A stretch of DNA of 64,000 bases from Naegleria gruberi (taxonomy: Eukaryota), in assembly GCA_000004985.1 (NCBI GenBank), contig GG738846.1; one strand, written 5' to 3'. Position numbers and translations under genes: made by a program. The notes under the pieces are model-generated. The model was not told where the DNA came from. It made no database searches and saw only the letters and a program-made list of their open reading frames with translations. Positions 54,990-64,000 of the stretch are shown here, in pieces. How positions within the stretch are numbered: the stretch's first letter is position 1; each line of letters opens with the position of its first letter.

Positions 54990-57437
54990 TTAATAATAAA
55001 AATCATAGTCTAATTTGACGAGTGTGTTCCTAGTATCATCCTTTGTCAACTTGTTGAAAATTGTGTTGAAAGAATGCTTGTAACCAACAGCTATTATCTT
55101 CTTGTTGGCATCTTCAAGTTTAGTGTAGAGAATTACACCACCTACTTTCATATCTTTGATTTGATCATTTTCAAAAACAAGTTTACCTTCTGTTAAGAAT
55201 TGTTTGAGTTCTTGTTTGGAAATTTCAATTAATTGTTTAGATTCTGGTTCAATATAATCAAATAATGAAACAGCTCCTGCTAAAGTAATTTGATATTTTC
55301 CACTATCAATATCAAAGGCAATATTACCAGCATTGAAAAACTTGAGCATCAAAGAGTCATTGTAAGTATAGTTACTTCTCAAATAATTGCTCAAATATCT
55401 ATTGGAAATAAAATTGATTTTTTTAGGTGTGGGAATGCTTTCCAAGGTACTTTGAGTATTGTTCTTATCTACTTGTTGCAAATGCTTGACATATTTGCTT
55501 TCACCAGTGGTTTGAATGATAAAGTTTCCAATATCAATATCAATGGATTTTTTGAATTCATAGAAATTAAAAACATGATTCAAAATTTCTGGTAAAACTC
55601 TGACGTAAATGTTATGCTTCAAATTTTGCTTTTGATTATTGCCTTTCTCTTGGTTGGCTTTCTTCTTGTTCAATTTTTGTTGTAATTTTCTTTGTCTCTT
55701 TGTTTTTTCTTCTGCAGAGTTAATCTTTTTCAATCTCAACTTGGCAACATAAAAACCACCAGAATTATTCATGTGTGGCAAAATTCTCATTGTATATTGC
55801 AAGTTCATATCCTTGATGTCATCCTTAATAAACATACTTGGTTGAATCTTTTTACATCCTTCCTTCTTTGGCATGTTTTCAGACTTGTCACCACTCTTGA
55901 TTGTAAATTCAATACTGGTATCCTGAATATCCTCGAACTTTTCAACAACATTTCCCAAACTATCTACAACTTTCCAATCATTAATACCCTTCAAATATTT
56001 AATATTATTATTGATATTTTGTAATGATGTTTCCAAATCAACTAATTCAAATCTATAATTTGTTTTTCTAATAGCTTCAGCAACAACTGCTTCATCTTCA
56101 ATAGGGTTTAAACTACATGTTGAATATACAATTTCATATTCTCCATCGTACTTGATTAATTTAAGGCTACTATTTTCAGTGGTGATTTCTTCAGTTGTTT
56201 CACCACTAGTATTTTCATCCAAACTAGTGTTTTCATTATTGAAACTGGTTAACATAATTTGCATAGCAGAAACCAAGATGGAAACTTGGGTAGCATGATT
56301 GTGGTGACCATGATCATATGTCCATCTTTCCCACAAATCACGTGACTTACGAAGAGTACCATCACCTGAACATACAGCATCACACAAGATGTGATGAATA
56401 TGAGAAAGAACTTGACCATTCAAACTACTAGAAGACAATTGTTGATGCAATGTTACTGCATTGTAATGACTGATTACTACATTGTTAGTAAATTGGTTAG
56501 GTTCTCTATTCAAATTAGAAAATAAGGTACCCAATCTCTTTCTATCAATATCATTACAAATTAAAAATTTGGAATAATCTCCTTGATTCAAATAATATTC
56601 AACCATTTGAGCAGATTTGCTTCCTGGTGCTGAACACATATCCAAATATCCATCTACAAGTTTACCATTAACTACCTCACTACTATCAGATGATTCAACT
56701 TGTAAGGAATTTTCATCTTGAGGAGTAAAACACAATGGAGGAATCATACTGACAAGTTCTTGTCTACTAATATATCCAATGTCTGTTAATTTAACAAGAT
56801 ATTCTCTGAACTCTCTCAAAACTGCTTGTCCTTCAGCTACTCTAGTATCACTACTGACAATTGTATTGTCTGCTGATGCATCAAATTGTTGAATATCATC
56901 ATCATCATTTTCCGATGATTTTCTCAGTTTAGTCTTGGAAATATTAGGATGAATTTGATAAAATAATTGATTAATGTGATTCAAGTTAATAATATCAATA
57001 GTATTTCCATCATTTTCTTGTTCTTTAGGTAAAATTTTACCTTCCAAATAAATATAATTATTTAATTTCAACTTGAATTCGTTCAACTTGTTTTGAATCT
57101 TTTCAATCAAGTCCAATGGAAGTGATTTGTTGATACGGAATGTTGTTGGAAGAGGTTCTTGGAATGATTTAATCATTTCATCCATCTCTTCCTTTGTCTT
57201 TACTATTTGCTGAATATTAAAATAATAATTATAGAACATGGCATTCTCTGGAATGATATCTTCGTAGCCTCTTTTAACTTTCTTTTGTTGTTGACAAATT
57301 TCATCATTACCATTTTCCGCCACTACACTCACACATTCACATTTATTTTCCAAATCTTCATCACCAGTTGTTGTGCTTCTTTCTTGACGTTTTCCCAACA
57401 AATTATTGTCGGAAGATGTTATTTCTTCTGATGACAT
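54990..57437 (-). CDS. NOL1/NOP2/Sun-family RNA (cytosine-5)-methyltransferase, NSUN2/Trm4-like
   Basis: The SAM-binding motif is LDMCSAPGSKSAQMVEY. The catalytic Cys motifs are …ILCDAVCSGDGTLRK… (PC motif) and …IVYSTCSLNPIEDEAVV… (TC motif). Single exon of 815 aa with an ATG at 57437. Confidence 0.8.
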   Translation of the reverse strand: MSSEEITSSDNNLLGKRQERSTTTGDEDLENKCECVSVVAENGNDEICQQQKKVKRGYEDIIPENAMFYNYYFNIQQIVKTKEEMDEMIKSFQEPLPTTFRINKSLPLDLIEKIQNKLNEFKLKLNNYIYLEGKILPKEQENDGNTIDIINLNHINQLFYQIHPNISKTKLRKSSENDDDDIQQFDASADNTIVSSDTRVAEGQAVLREFREYLVKLTDIGYISRQELVSMIPPLCFTPQDENSLQVESSDSSEVVNGKLVDGYLDMCSAPGSKSAQMVEYYLNQGDYSKFLICNDIDRKRLGTLFSNLNREPNQFTNNVVISHYNAVTLHQQLSSSSLNGQVLSHIHHILCDAVCSGDGTLRKSRDLWERWTYDHGHHNHATQVSILVSAMQIMLTSFNNENTSLDENTSGETTEEITTENSSLKLIKYDGEYEIVYSTCSLNPIEDEAVVAEAIRKTNYRFELVDLETSLQNINNNIKYLKGINDWKVVDSLGNVVEKFEDIQDTSIEFTIKSGDKSENMPKKEGCKKIQPSMFIKDDIKDMNLQYTMRILPHMNNSGGFYVAKLRLKKINSAEEKTKRQRKLQQKLNKKKANQEKGNNQKQNLKHNIYVRVLPEILNHVFNFYEFKKSIDIDIGNFIIQTTGESKYVKHLQQVDKNNTQSTLESIPTPKKINFISNRYLSNYLRSNYTYNDSLMLKFFNAGNIAFDIDSGKYQITLAGAVSLFDYIEPESKQLIEISKQELKQFLTEGKLVFENDQIKDMKVGGVILYTKLEDANKKIIAVGYKHSFNTIFNKLTKDDTRNTLVKLDYDFYY

Positions 57438-57644
57438 TTTTTTATCGAAAATTCAAATAAATATTAAATTCAATTTTACTATTGCACTTTTTTCATCCAT
57501 TGAAATACAATTTCTCAAATCTACATTATCAATTTTAATTCATTAGTTATTGCTAAATAATAACATTGTCATCATTAAAGGCGGGAGAATTCATTCTTCA
57601 AATAAATTTGTGCGTTAATTTTATCTTCACCAACTTCAAAAAAA

Positions 57645-58826
57645 ATGCTCAATCCAAATCATCAACACGAACACGAACATCATCACGGATGTGGTTGTTC
57701 CGATCATCACCATCACGAAGAAGAAGAAGAGGAGGACGAAGAAGAAAATAATCAAATGAATGATGAAGAGGAAAATTTACAACCATCAAGACCAATTTCT
57801 ACTTTTAATTTGGAGACTACACTTGATGATAAGGAACCATTACCTTTGGATCAAAAGCCTATTGCTTGTATTGTTTTGGGTATGGCTGGAAGTGGTAAAA
57901 CAACAATTATGCAAAGAATTAATGCCTATATTCATGAAAAGGGTCATCCTTCTTATATTGTAAATTTGGATCCTGCTGTATTGGACGTTCCTTATGGAGC
58001 ACATATTGATATTAGAGATACTGTCAATTATAAGGAGGTTATGAAACAATTTAGTTTGGGACCAAATGGAGGAATTTTAACAGCACTTAATTTATTCTCA
58101 ACTCGTTTCGATCAAGTTGTGGATTTGATTGATAAAAAAGCAAGAGTTGGTTTTCAAAATTCAGAAGAGCCAACCTTTAGAAAGAAGAAACTGGATTATG
58201 TATTTATTGATACACCAGGTCAAATTGAAATTTTTACTTGGTCTGCCAGTGGTCAAATTATTTCAGAAGGATTGGCAACATCTTTCCCAACCTGTATCAT
58301 TTATGTTATAGACACTCCAAGAAATACTAGTCCAATTACATTCATGTCAAACATGTTATATGCCTGCTCAATTCTGTATAAGACTCGTTTGCCATTCCTT
58401 ATTGTTTTTAATAAGATTGATGTGGTGAGACATGACTTTATCAATGAATGGATGAAAGATTTTGAAGCATTCCAAGATGCTCTTGCTAAGGATGAAAGTT
58501 ATAGTAGTTCATTGGCTCATTCTATGAGTTTAGTATTGGATGAATTTTATGAAAATATTGACACTGTTGGTGTGAGTGCAATGACAGGAGAAGGTGTTGA
58601 AGAAATGTTCAAGCTAATTGATGGAAAATGTAAAGAATATGAGGAGACATACTACCAAGAATTACTCGAAAAGGAAAAAGAAAGAGAAAAAGCAAAACTA
58701 GAGAAACAAGATGAAGATATTCGAAGATTAGAACAAGATTTTAGACGTTTTAATACTGCTGGAAAGAAGCAACCAAAAACAGAAGATGAAGAATTACAAG
58801 ATTTCCTCCAAGATATAAAGAAATAA
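57645..58826 (+). CDS. GPN1: GPN-loop GTPase 1 (XAB1/Npa3)
   Basis: P-loop [13 protein letters not shown]. The GPN motif is …[10 protein letters not shown]… There is a conserved NKIDVV G4-like motif and a C-terminal K/E-rich tail. The N-terminus is His-rich. Confidence 0.85.
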   Translation: MLNPNHQHEHEHHHGCGCSDHHHHEEEEEEDEEENNQMNDEEENLQPSRPISTFNLETTLDDKEPLPLDQKPIACIVLGMAGSGKTTIMQRINAYIHEKGHPSYIVNLDPAVLDVPYGAHIDIRDTVNYKEVMKQFSLGPNGGILTALNLFSTRFDQVVDLIDKKARVGFQNSEEPTFRKKKLDYVFIDTPGQIEIFTWSASGQIISEGLATSFPTCIIYVIDTPRNTSPITFMSNMLYACSILYKTRLPFLIVFNKIDVVRHDFINEWMKDFEAFQDALAKDESYSSSLAHSMSLVLDEFYENIDTVGVSAMTGEGVEEMFKLIDGKCKEYEETYYQELLEKEKEREKAKLEKQDEDIRRLEQDFRRFNTAGKKQPKTEDEELQDFLQDIKK

Positions 58827-58843
58827 ACATTTATTTTCCTTAA

Positions 58844-61800
58844 TTAATCCTTGCTTGGTTTGTAAAGAATTCGGGATGAAAGTGCAACATATTCCTTTTC
58901 CTCATTTGTAAAGTCTAATGACAGGTGGTAAAGGGCATTATATAACTTGTAATCAATGTACGATTCTAAATGTTGGAAATTCAAATTATTCAAATAATGT
59001 ATGCAATTACTATCCAATTTGATAATTGAATAAAGTGAGAGGGAAAAATATTTAACAGCATCTTTTACAACTGGTACATTGGCAGCAGTGGCTGTATTGT
59101 TGATCAAACTTGCTGTTAATCTATTCAAAGTTGCTACACAATTTTCCAATAAGGAACGAGTATTACGTTGACTGGTTTCTGACTTTTCAATGAATGGGAA
59201 ATTAAATTGTGTCTGGACAAGAATAGTTAAATGATCAGACAAGATAGGAGGAAGTTGAACTCCAATTCTTTGTACATTAAATCTTAAATTATGTAAAATC
59301 ATTGAAGCATTGAAAGCATTCTTCTCTTGATTAGAGGTAGAGTTCAATAATTGTAAAATAAAATTGATAAGCAAATCATACTTGTCTAAATGATTTGTAA
59401 AGTAGTTCAAACCAATAGGATGAATCAAGCAGTGTGCTAGACAACTCGAGATCAAGGTTAATGTGAAACCATCTACGTTATTAACATTCTTCATTCTATC
59501 CAAAATATCTACAAGTGTTAGATTTTCGTGATGAGTTAATAAATATTCTACACATTCTTTTTTGAGTAATAATACTCTCAATAAATCGAATGCTGCTGCT
59601 TTAAACTTATCATTCAATACTTGAATTAAATAGTGAATAGTACTAAATAATTGTTTGATAGTATTATTATCTAAATGTTCTGGCATTTGGTTGAAAACAT
59701 TTAGAATACTTAATTGCTCTGTTTTAACTAACTCATTAATCTTAGAGATACACTTGCCAATATTTTGTGTTGCATTCATTTCATGAGGTTTGGTATGGTC
59801 ATTATAGCCATATCTGCTTATCATTACATCAACCAATTTTAGCTCCATTTCAAGTATTTTTGCTGGATCTTGTTTTGAGGCTGATTCTTTAAGCATACCA
59901 ATAAGAGTATGAATAGTTGTCCTGATGGCATCATATAACTCTTTGATGTCTGGTCTGAATTCTTCATTATCTGTAAAGCATGCCATTATTGTTGAATATA
60001 ATTGCTGTACAATTGATGTAACTGAAAAGTCTTTTTCTCCATATTTGCTTCCAAACAAAACTTCATGAAGTACGTGTCCCAGGTTGAAAATATCGTTACT
60101 CTTTTTAGAAAGAATATCATTGATAGAGCCATTGGAATTGTTCTTGCATGCTTTAATCTCAGGAGAAGATTGTTTTTCATCTAATTGGTTGAACAATAGC
60201 CCATAATCATAAACATATAGCAATTTCGTATCATTAACAAATCTGAATGAGTTAGGTTTGATGTTACCATGTGTAATATTTGAATAGTGCAAAACATAAA
60301 TTGAGGAAATAATTTTCAACATGGTACTAAATTGATGTATAGGATGTGTTAATAAATTGTTGTCTAAATAAAATCTGCAACTACTTGTTTGTTCGAAAAG
60401 AGTATTGGAAGAATAAACAAGATGTAAGTTATTGTTTTCATACTTGAAATTCAATAATTGTGGGAATATTGGGAGATTGATATGTTTGATAAAATGTACA
60501 GAAGGTAAATACTTTTGGAAATATGAAATTCTTTTGTAAATTGATTGTAAATCATTTACACTCAACTTGGCATTGTACAAAAAGTTCAAAATTTCATGCT
60601 GTAAATAAACGCCATGGAAGAGTTTGTAATTTACGGCGTGAGCTTGCATCTGAGTAACATACTTGCAGTATTTTTCAAAAAGTAAATTACTTGCAAAACT
60701 GCTCTCCTTTGTATAATCTTTACATGGTATGTCGTTCAAATCTTTGATATATCTCGATTCATTGAGTGCTTCAATGGACTCTGAAATATCTTTGAATTCG
60801 CACAATTTACTTAAATGCAATGCAGTGCGTAGGAAATGATCTTGAATACTCAGATTAGTTTTTTTGATTAATTTCATAATAAAGTATTTAGAGTGTTCTG
60901 TTGGCTTCAAATAGTGTTTGATGATTGCATATTGCAAACATGTCATACCTGTTTCCTTTGATTGCTGATTTACATTAATGTTTGGTTGTCTGATCAAAAA
61001 TTTGAAAATTGTTTTGCTATCATTCAGAACACAATCCACCAATGGAAATTTAGGAGTTGTTGTTTCAGGAATAATGTATTCATAAGGACCTTCCATATTC
61101 TGATTAATATCTACTTGGTATTGTAAAATTTCTTTAACTAATTCAATACTTCTGTGTTGTTTAATACACAAAAATAATGCGTGATTCAAGGAATTGTTAA
61201 GATTGCTATTTGTGCTCAAACTGTTATTGTTAGTAAGATAATTCAAATGGAGTCTTAAGAGTTCAATATTATTCTGAGAAACTGCATATTGTAATGGAGT
61301 AATAGTACCATGAAACAAAACAGTATCATACTGTTGAATATCCAAATATTGTAGTAACAAACTAGAAGCTGCTAAGCTATTAAATAATGTAGCATAGTGA
61401 AGAGGAGTGAAACTTCTTTCATCTCTTTCCATAATCATTTGGTTATAAACTGGTAATAAGATTTGCAAAGTTTGTACAGAATCTTCCTTGCAAGCCACAA
61501 CAAGGATTGATTGGCTAAGTTTGTTCTTTAAATTAAAATTAAACAAGGAAGAAAATAATTGAGAATTCACAATATGTTGGACGAGATGGAAATGATTTTT
61601 TCTAACTGCAATGAGGACAGCAGATTCACCGTCATCATTCAACAAATTGAAAAATTTAGAATATTTTGTAAAGTCTTCATCAAAATGTTCACAAATCTTT
61701 GCAAATAATAAATCAAAAATTTCTACGTTAGCTTGCCCTTTACAGAGTGTATGTAGAATTGTTTCTTTTTCCATGTTTTTAAGAGTTATATCTCTTGTTT

Positions 61801-62662
61801 CCTTTAGCAATAATTCAAATATTGGTACACTATTTCCCATACTTGCTAAATGAATTGGAAGGTTTGCTATACCATCTTTCTCATTCAATTGATTCTTGAG
61901 TTTGGATTGTAATAATAATTTGACACAGTCCAAATGCTCGTACCTGACAGCCAAATGCAATGCAGTCATGCCTATGTTGTTTTTACACGTCTTATCAAAC
62001 TCTACATTCAATAAGAGTGATATCAGGTCAGCTTTACCATTCTTGGAATGGAGTAAAAACAAATCTTCCAATGATTTGCTTCTTTGTGATGCACAGTAAT
62101 TTTTAACTGCTAAATTAATATCGTAATCAGAAGCTTCTAGATAGAATAAACTGGTATCGGTATCAATTTCAAATAGATCACAAAAATTAGATATCAGTTT
62201 AGTTTTTAACTCTTCCTTTTTAGGATCAAAGTCTATAGAGTAACTATCTGATGTGAAAACAAAATAACAATCTTTCTTTTGCAATTGTTCCTTGCCTAAA
62301 ACCTGACTATCATTGATAACGTGATTTTCATAATTCACAAAATTGATACCATTCTCAATGCAATGCTTGAATGTTGGAACGTGGTAGAATTTCAACTCAC
62401 TGTTATTTGGCAATTGACTCCACTGTAATACTTGATTCTCGTTTAATGGTAATCTAAATTCGTTCCATTTACGAACAATTTTAACTTCATTACTGTTATT
62501 AGTTTTACCATTAGTTGCTTTATCATTAAAACTCTTGGCAACACCACTATTACTACTATTGTTTTTTGTTGCTTTTTTAGCATCAATAATAGTTGCTTTG
62601 TGTTCATAACAAATTACAAGAACAACAAAGTTTGAATGACGATCATTATATTCGGTAAACAT
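58844..62662 (-). CDS. Ankyrin-repeat protein with a C-terminal kinase-like (probably pseudokinase) domain
   Basis: Several ANK repeats (…GMTALHLAVRYEHLDCVKLLLQ…, …PLHYATLFNSLAASSLLLQY…). The kinase-like region has substitutions at catalytic positions: …HYSNITHGNIKPNSFRF… (HGN in place of HRD) and …YVYDYGLL… (DYG in place of DFG). 1272 aa, single exon. Confidence 0.6.
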   Translation of the reverse strand: MFTEYNDRHSNFVVLVICYEHKATIIDAKKATKNNSSNSGVAKSFNDKATNGKTNNSNEVKIVRKWNEFRLPLNENQVLQWSQLPNNSELKFYHVPTFKHCIENGINFVNYENHVINDSQVLGKEQLQKKDCYFVFTSDSYSIDFDPKKEELKTKLISNFCDLFEIDTDTSLFYLEASDYDINLAVKNYCASQRSKSLEDLFLLHSKNGKADLISLLLNVEFDKTCKNNIGMTALHLAVRYEHLDCVKLLLQSKLKNQLNEKDGIANLPIHLASMGNSVPIFELLLKETRDITLKNMEKETILHTLCKGQANVEIFDLLFAKICEHFDEDFTKYSKFFNLLNDDGESAVLIAVRKNHFHLVQHIVNSQLFSSLFNFNLKNKLSQSILVVACKEDSVQTLQILLPVYNQMIMERDERSFTPLHYATLFNSLAASSLLLQYLDIQQYDTVLFHGTITPLQYAVSQNNIELLRLHLNYLTNNNSLSTNSNLNNSLNHALFLCIKQHRSIELVKEILQYQVDINQNMEGPYEYIIPETTTPKFPLVDCVLNDSKTIFKFLIRQPNINVNQQSKETGMTCLQYAIIKHYLKPTEHSKYFIMKLIKKTNLSIQDHFLRTALHLSKLCEFKDISESIEALNESRYIKDLNDIPCKDYTKESSFASNLLFEKYCKYVTQMQAHAVNYKLFHGVYLQHEILNFLYNAKLSVNDLQSIYKRISYFQKYLPSVHFIKHINLPIFPQLLNFKYENNNLHLVYSSNTLFEQTSSCRFYLDNNLLTHPIHQFSTMLKIISSIYVLHYSNITHGNIKPNSFRFVNDTKLLYVYDYGLLFNQLDEKQSSPEIKACKNNSNGSINDILSKKSNDIFNLGHVLHEVLFGSKYGEKDFSVTSIVQQLYSTIMACFTDNEEFRPDIKELYDAIRTTIHTLIGMLKESASKQDPAKILEMELKLVDVMISRYGYNDHTKPHEMNATQNIGKCISKINELVKTEQLSILNVFNQMPEHLDNNTIKQLFSTIHYLIQVLNDKFKAAAFDLLRVLLLKKECVEYLLTHHENLTLVDILDRMKNVNNVDGFTLTLISSCLAHCLIHPIGLNYFTNHLDKYDLLINFILQLLNSTSNQEKNAFNASMILHNLRFNVQRIGVQLPPILSDHLTILVQTQFNFPFIEKSETSQRNTRSLLENCVATLNRLTASLINNTATAANVPVVKDAVKYFSLSLYSIIKLDSNCIHYLNNLNFQHLESYIDYKLYNALYHLSLDFTNEEKEYVALSSRILYKPSKD

Positions 62663-63120
62663 TTTTGATCACAGCTCTGTGAGAAATAAAGAAATATTTA
62701 GACAGTCTCCTACTATTACTTTACATGCTGATCAGCAAAAGAAATACTAGTTTGTGATGAAGAGTTTCAGAAAATAATCTGCAGCTGGCTACACAAATGA
62801 TCAAGATCCGAGGGAGGTCTGACCACAATCAAAAAAGGCTTTGTGAAGAAAGCAGCTGTGAGTTTTTTTTCTTTGGGTGATTGCTGGAACTTGAAGCTAA
62901 TTTTATTTGCCGCTTTTTTTACCAATGGTATTGAATGGCTTGGGAATTCTCTCAATATCAGCAGAAAGAGCACGCGTGATAGATAAATGTTGTTATTGGA
63001 TGAAAATGTTTTTTTGATAGGAAGATAATACTCGATTTTAGTGAAGTGATCTTGTTGCTCATTAGAAAGAAATGATTTATTGTTGAAGGTGAATATAAAA
63101 TAATAATTTTAATTAAAAAA

Positions 63121-64000
63121 ATGGAACAATCACTAGGAGGCAATACGAGTAGCTTGTTTTTTATTAGTACGGAGGAAGATTTTGAATTCGAAGAAAAAAT
63201 CGTCAGTAATCCGTACATGCTCAAGACGTGGCTAGCCTATATTAAATACAAACAAACCTTTCAAAGCAATTCTGATCAATACAATAATATTATTAATGTT
63301 ACTTTTGAAAGAGCCTTGTCCTATTTACCAGGAAGTTATAAATTATGGAATATGTATCTTGATGTGAGGATTGTACAATGTGAATCACTTCATCCGATCA
63401 CTAGACTTGATCCTGTGGAACTTAGTGTGGATAAACATGATTTGAAGTTCCATGATGACATCATGAAGGATAAACCAAAACTGATGGAAAAGAATCTTGA
63501 TTTAAAAATTATTGAAGCAGTCAATCAAGTTTTTGAAAAAAGTTTAATCACCATGCATAGAATGCCATTAATATGGTTAAAGTATCTAAAGTTTATTGTC
63601 AGATATCAACCATCAATTACATATGTTAGATCGGTACTTAATCGTGCCCTGCAGGCACTTCCATTAACTCAACATCAAATCATTTGGAAGTTCATATCTA
63701 TGGAGTGGATACTCAACCCACAATCTAAAGTTCCAACAGAAACAGGAAGAAGATTATTGAAAAGATATTTAAGATTGGAACCTTCATTTATCAACAATTA
63801 TGTAGATTACCTGAATAGAAATAACTGCTATACAGAATTATGCGAATTATATATTTATTTCTTGAATTATGCCTCCACACAGGTAGATTCTAAAACTAAC
63901 TCATCATCAGTAGCCTCAAGTGTTATTGTAAATGATGCCATTTGTAAACAAAATGAGGCTCTTGTTTTTGAAAAATCAGCTGTACAATACCTAACAGATC
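63121..64000 (+). CDS. SYF1: Pre-mRNA splicing factor SYF1/XAB2 (HAT-repeat protein). This is the 5' part; the gene continues beyond the window.
   Basis: …FEFEEKIVSNPYMLKTWLAYIKYKQ…YERALSYLPGSYKLWNMYL…MHRMPLIWLKYLKF…RALQALPLTQHQIIWKF…RYLRLEPSFINNYVDYL is collinear with the XAB2 N-terminus (FEEEILRNPFSVKCWLRYIEFKQ…YERALKLLPCSYKLWYRYL…MHKMPRLWLDYCQF…RALRALPITQHSRIW…RFLKLSPESAEEYIEYL). Confidence 0.8.
   Translation, partial: MEQSLGGNTSSLFFISTEEDFEFEEKIVSNPYMLKTWLAYIKYKQTFQSNSDQYNNIINVTFERALSYLPGSYKLWNMYLDVRIVQCESLHPITRLDPVELSVDKHDLKFHDDIMKDKPKLMEKNLDLKIIEAVNQVFEKSLITMHRMPLIWLKYLKFIVRYQPSITYVRSVLNRALQALPLTQHQIIWKFISMEWILNPQSKVPTETGRRLLKRYLRLEPSFINNYVDYLNRNNCYTELCELYIYFLNYASTQVDSKTNSSSVASSVIVNDAICKQNEALVFEKSAVQYLTD

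Noticed and set aside
1-64000. Search for prokaryote-style defence or mobile systems (CRISPR, restriction-modification, toxin-antitoxin, transposase, integrase), rRNA or tRNA genes
   Set aside because: None were seen. The window is eukaryotic nuclear DNA with spliceosomal introns. No transposase, RT or integrase-like ORF is present, and no repeat-spacer array. I scanned the larger intergenic regions for tRNA cloverleaf candidates and none were convincing.

Overview
This is a gene-dense, AT-rich (roughly 30% GC) eukaryotic nuclear window that uses the standard genetic code. It is not prokaryotic: there are no operons, CRISPR arrays, rRNA or obvious tRNA genes. About 30 protein-coding genes sit on both strands. 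Most are single-exon. The rest carry a few very short introns of 37-142 nt, plus two longer ones, with GTAAGT or GTATGT donors and AG acceptors. Many proteins carry Asn/Gln/Ser low-complexity runs. A 729-nt assembly gap of N's lies at 459-1187.

Genes recognised by conserved motifs:
- SDR / 11-beta-HSD-like dehydrogenase
- mitochondrial ribosome recycling factor
- a two-domain FtsX-type permease
- kinetochore Nuf2
- a full-length nephrocystin-4 (NPHP4) homologue with 5 exons
- an Arm-repeat DH-PH RhoGEF
- a strongly divergent alpha-tubulin-like paralogue
- an AGXT2-like class-III aminotransferase
- a double AAA ATPase
- an RRM protein
- a 5'-nucleotidase
- MRPL49
- a 3129-aa calponin-homology / coiled-coil / LRR giant
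- a PLK4/SAK-like polo kinase
- an RNI-type LRR protein
- MAPEG
- EMG1/Nep1
- NSUN2/Trm4
- GPN1
- an ankyrin-repeat pseudokinase
- the 5' part of SYF1/XAB2

The organism has a ciliary/centriolar toolkit (NPHP4, a PLK4-like kinase, extra tubulin) and mitochondrial translation genes. It is therefore a flagellated, mitochondriate protist or lower eukaryote rather than a dictyostelid, although the poly-N style resembles dictyostelids. The exact taxon cannot be fixed from the sequence. The ORF track assigns 'M' to some alternative start codons (TTG/GTG), so I re-derived starts to the first in-frame ATG. I found no defence-system-like or mobile-element cassette. The most unusual items are the divergent tubulin, the NPHP4 and PLK4-like pair, the bacterial-type FtsX protein, the giant CH-domain protein with internal DNA duplications, and a few GC-rich intergenic islands.
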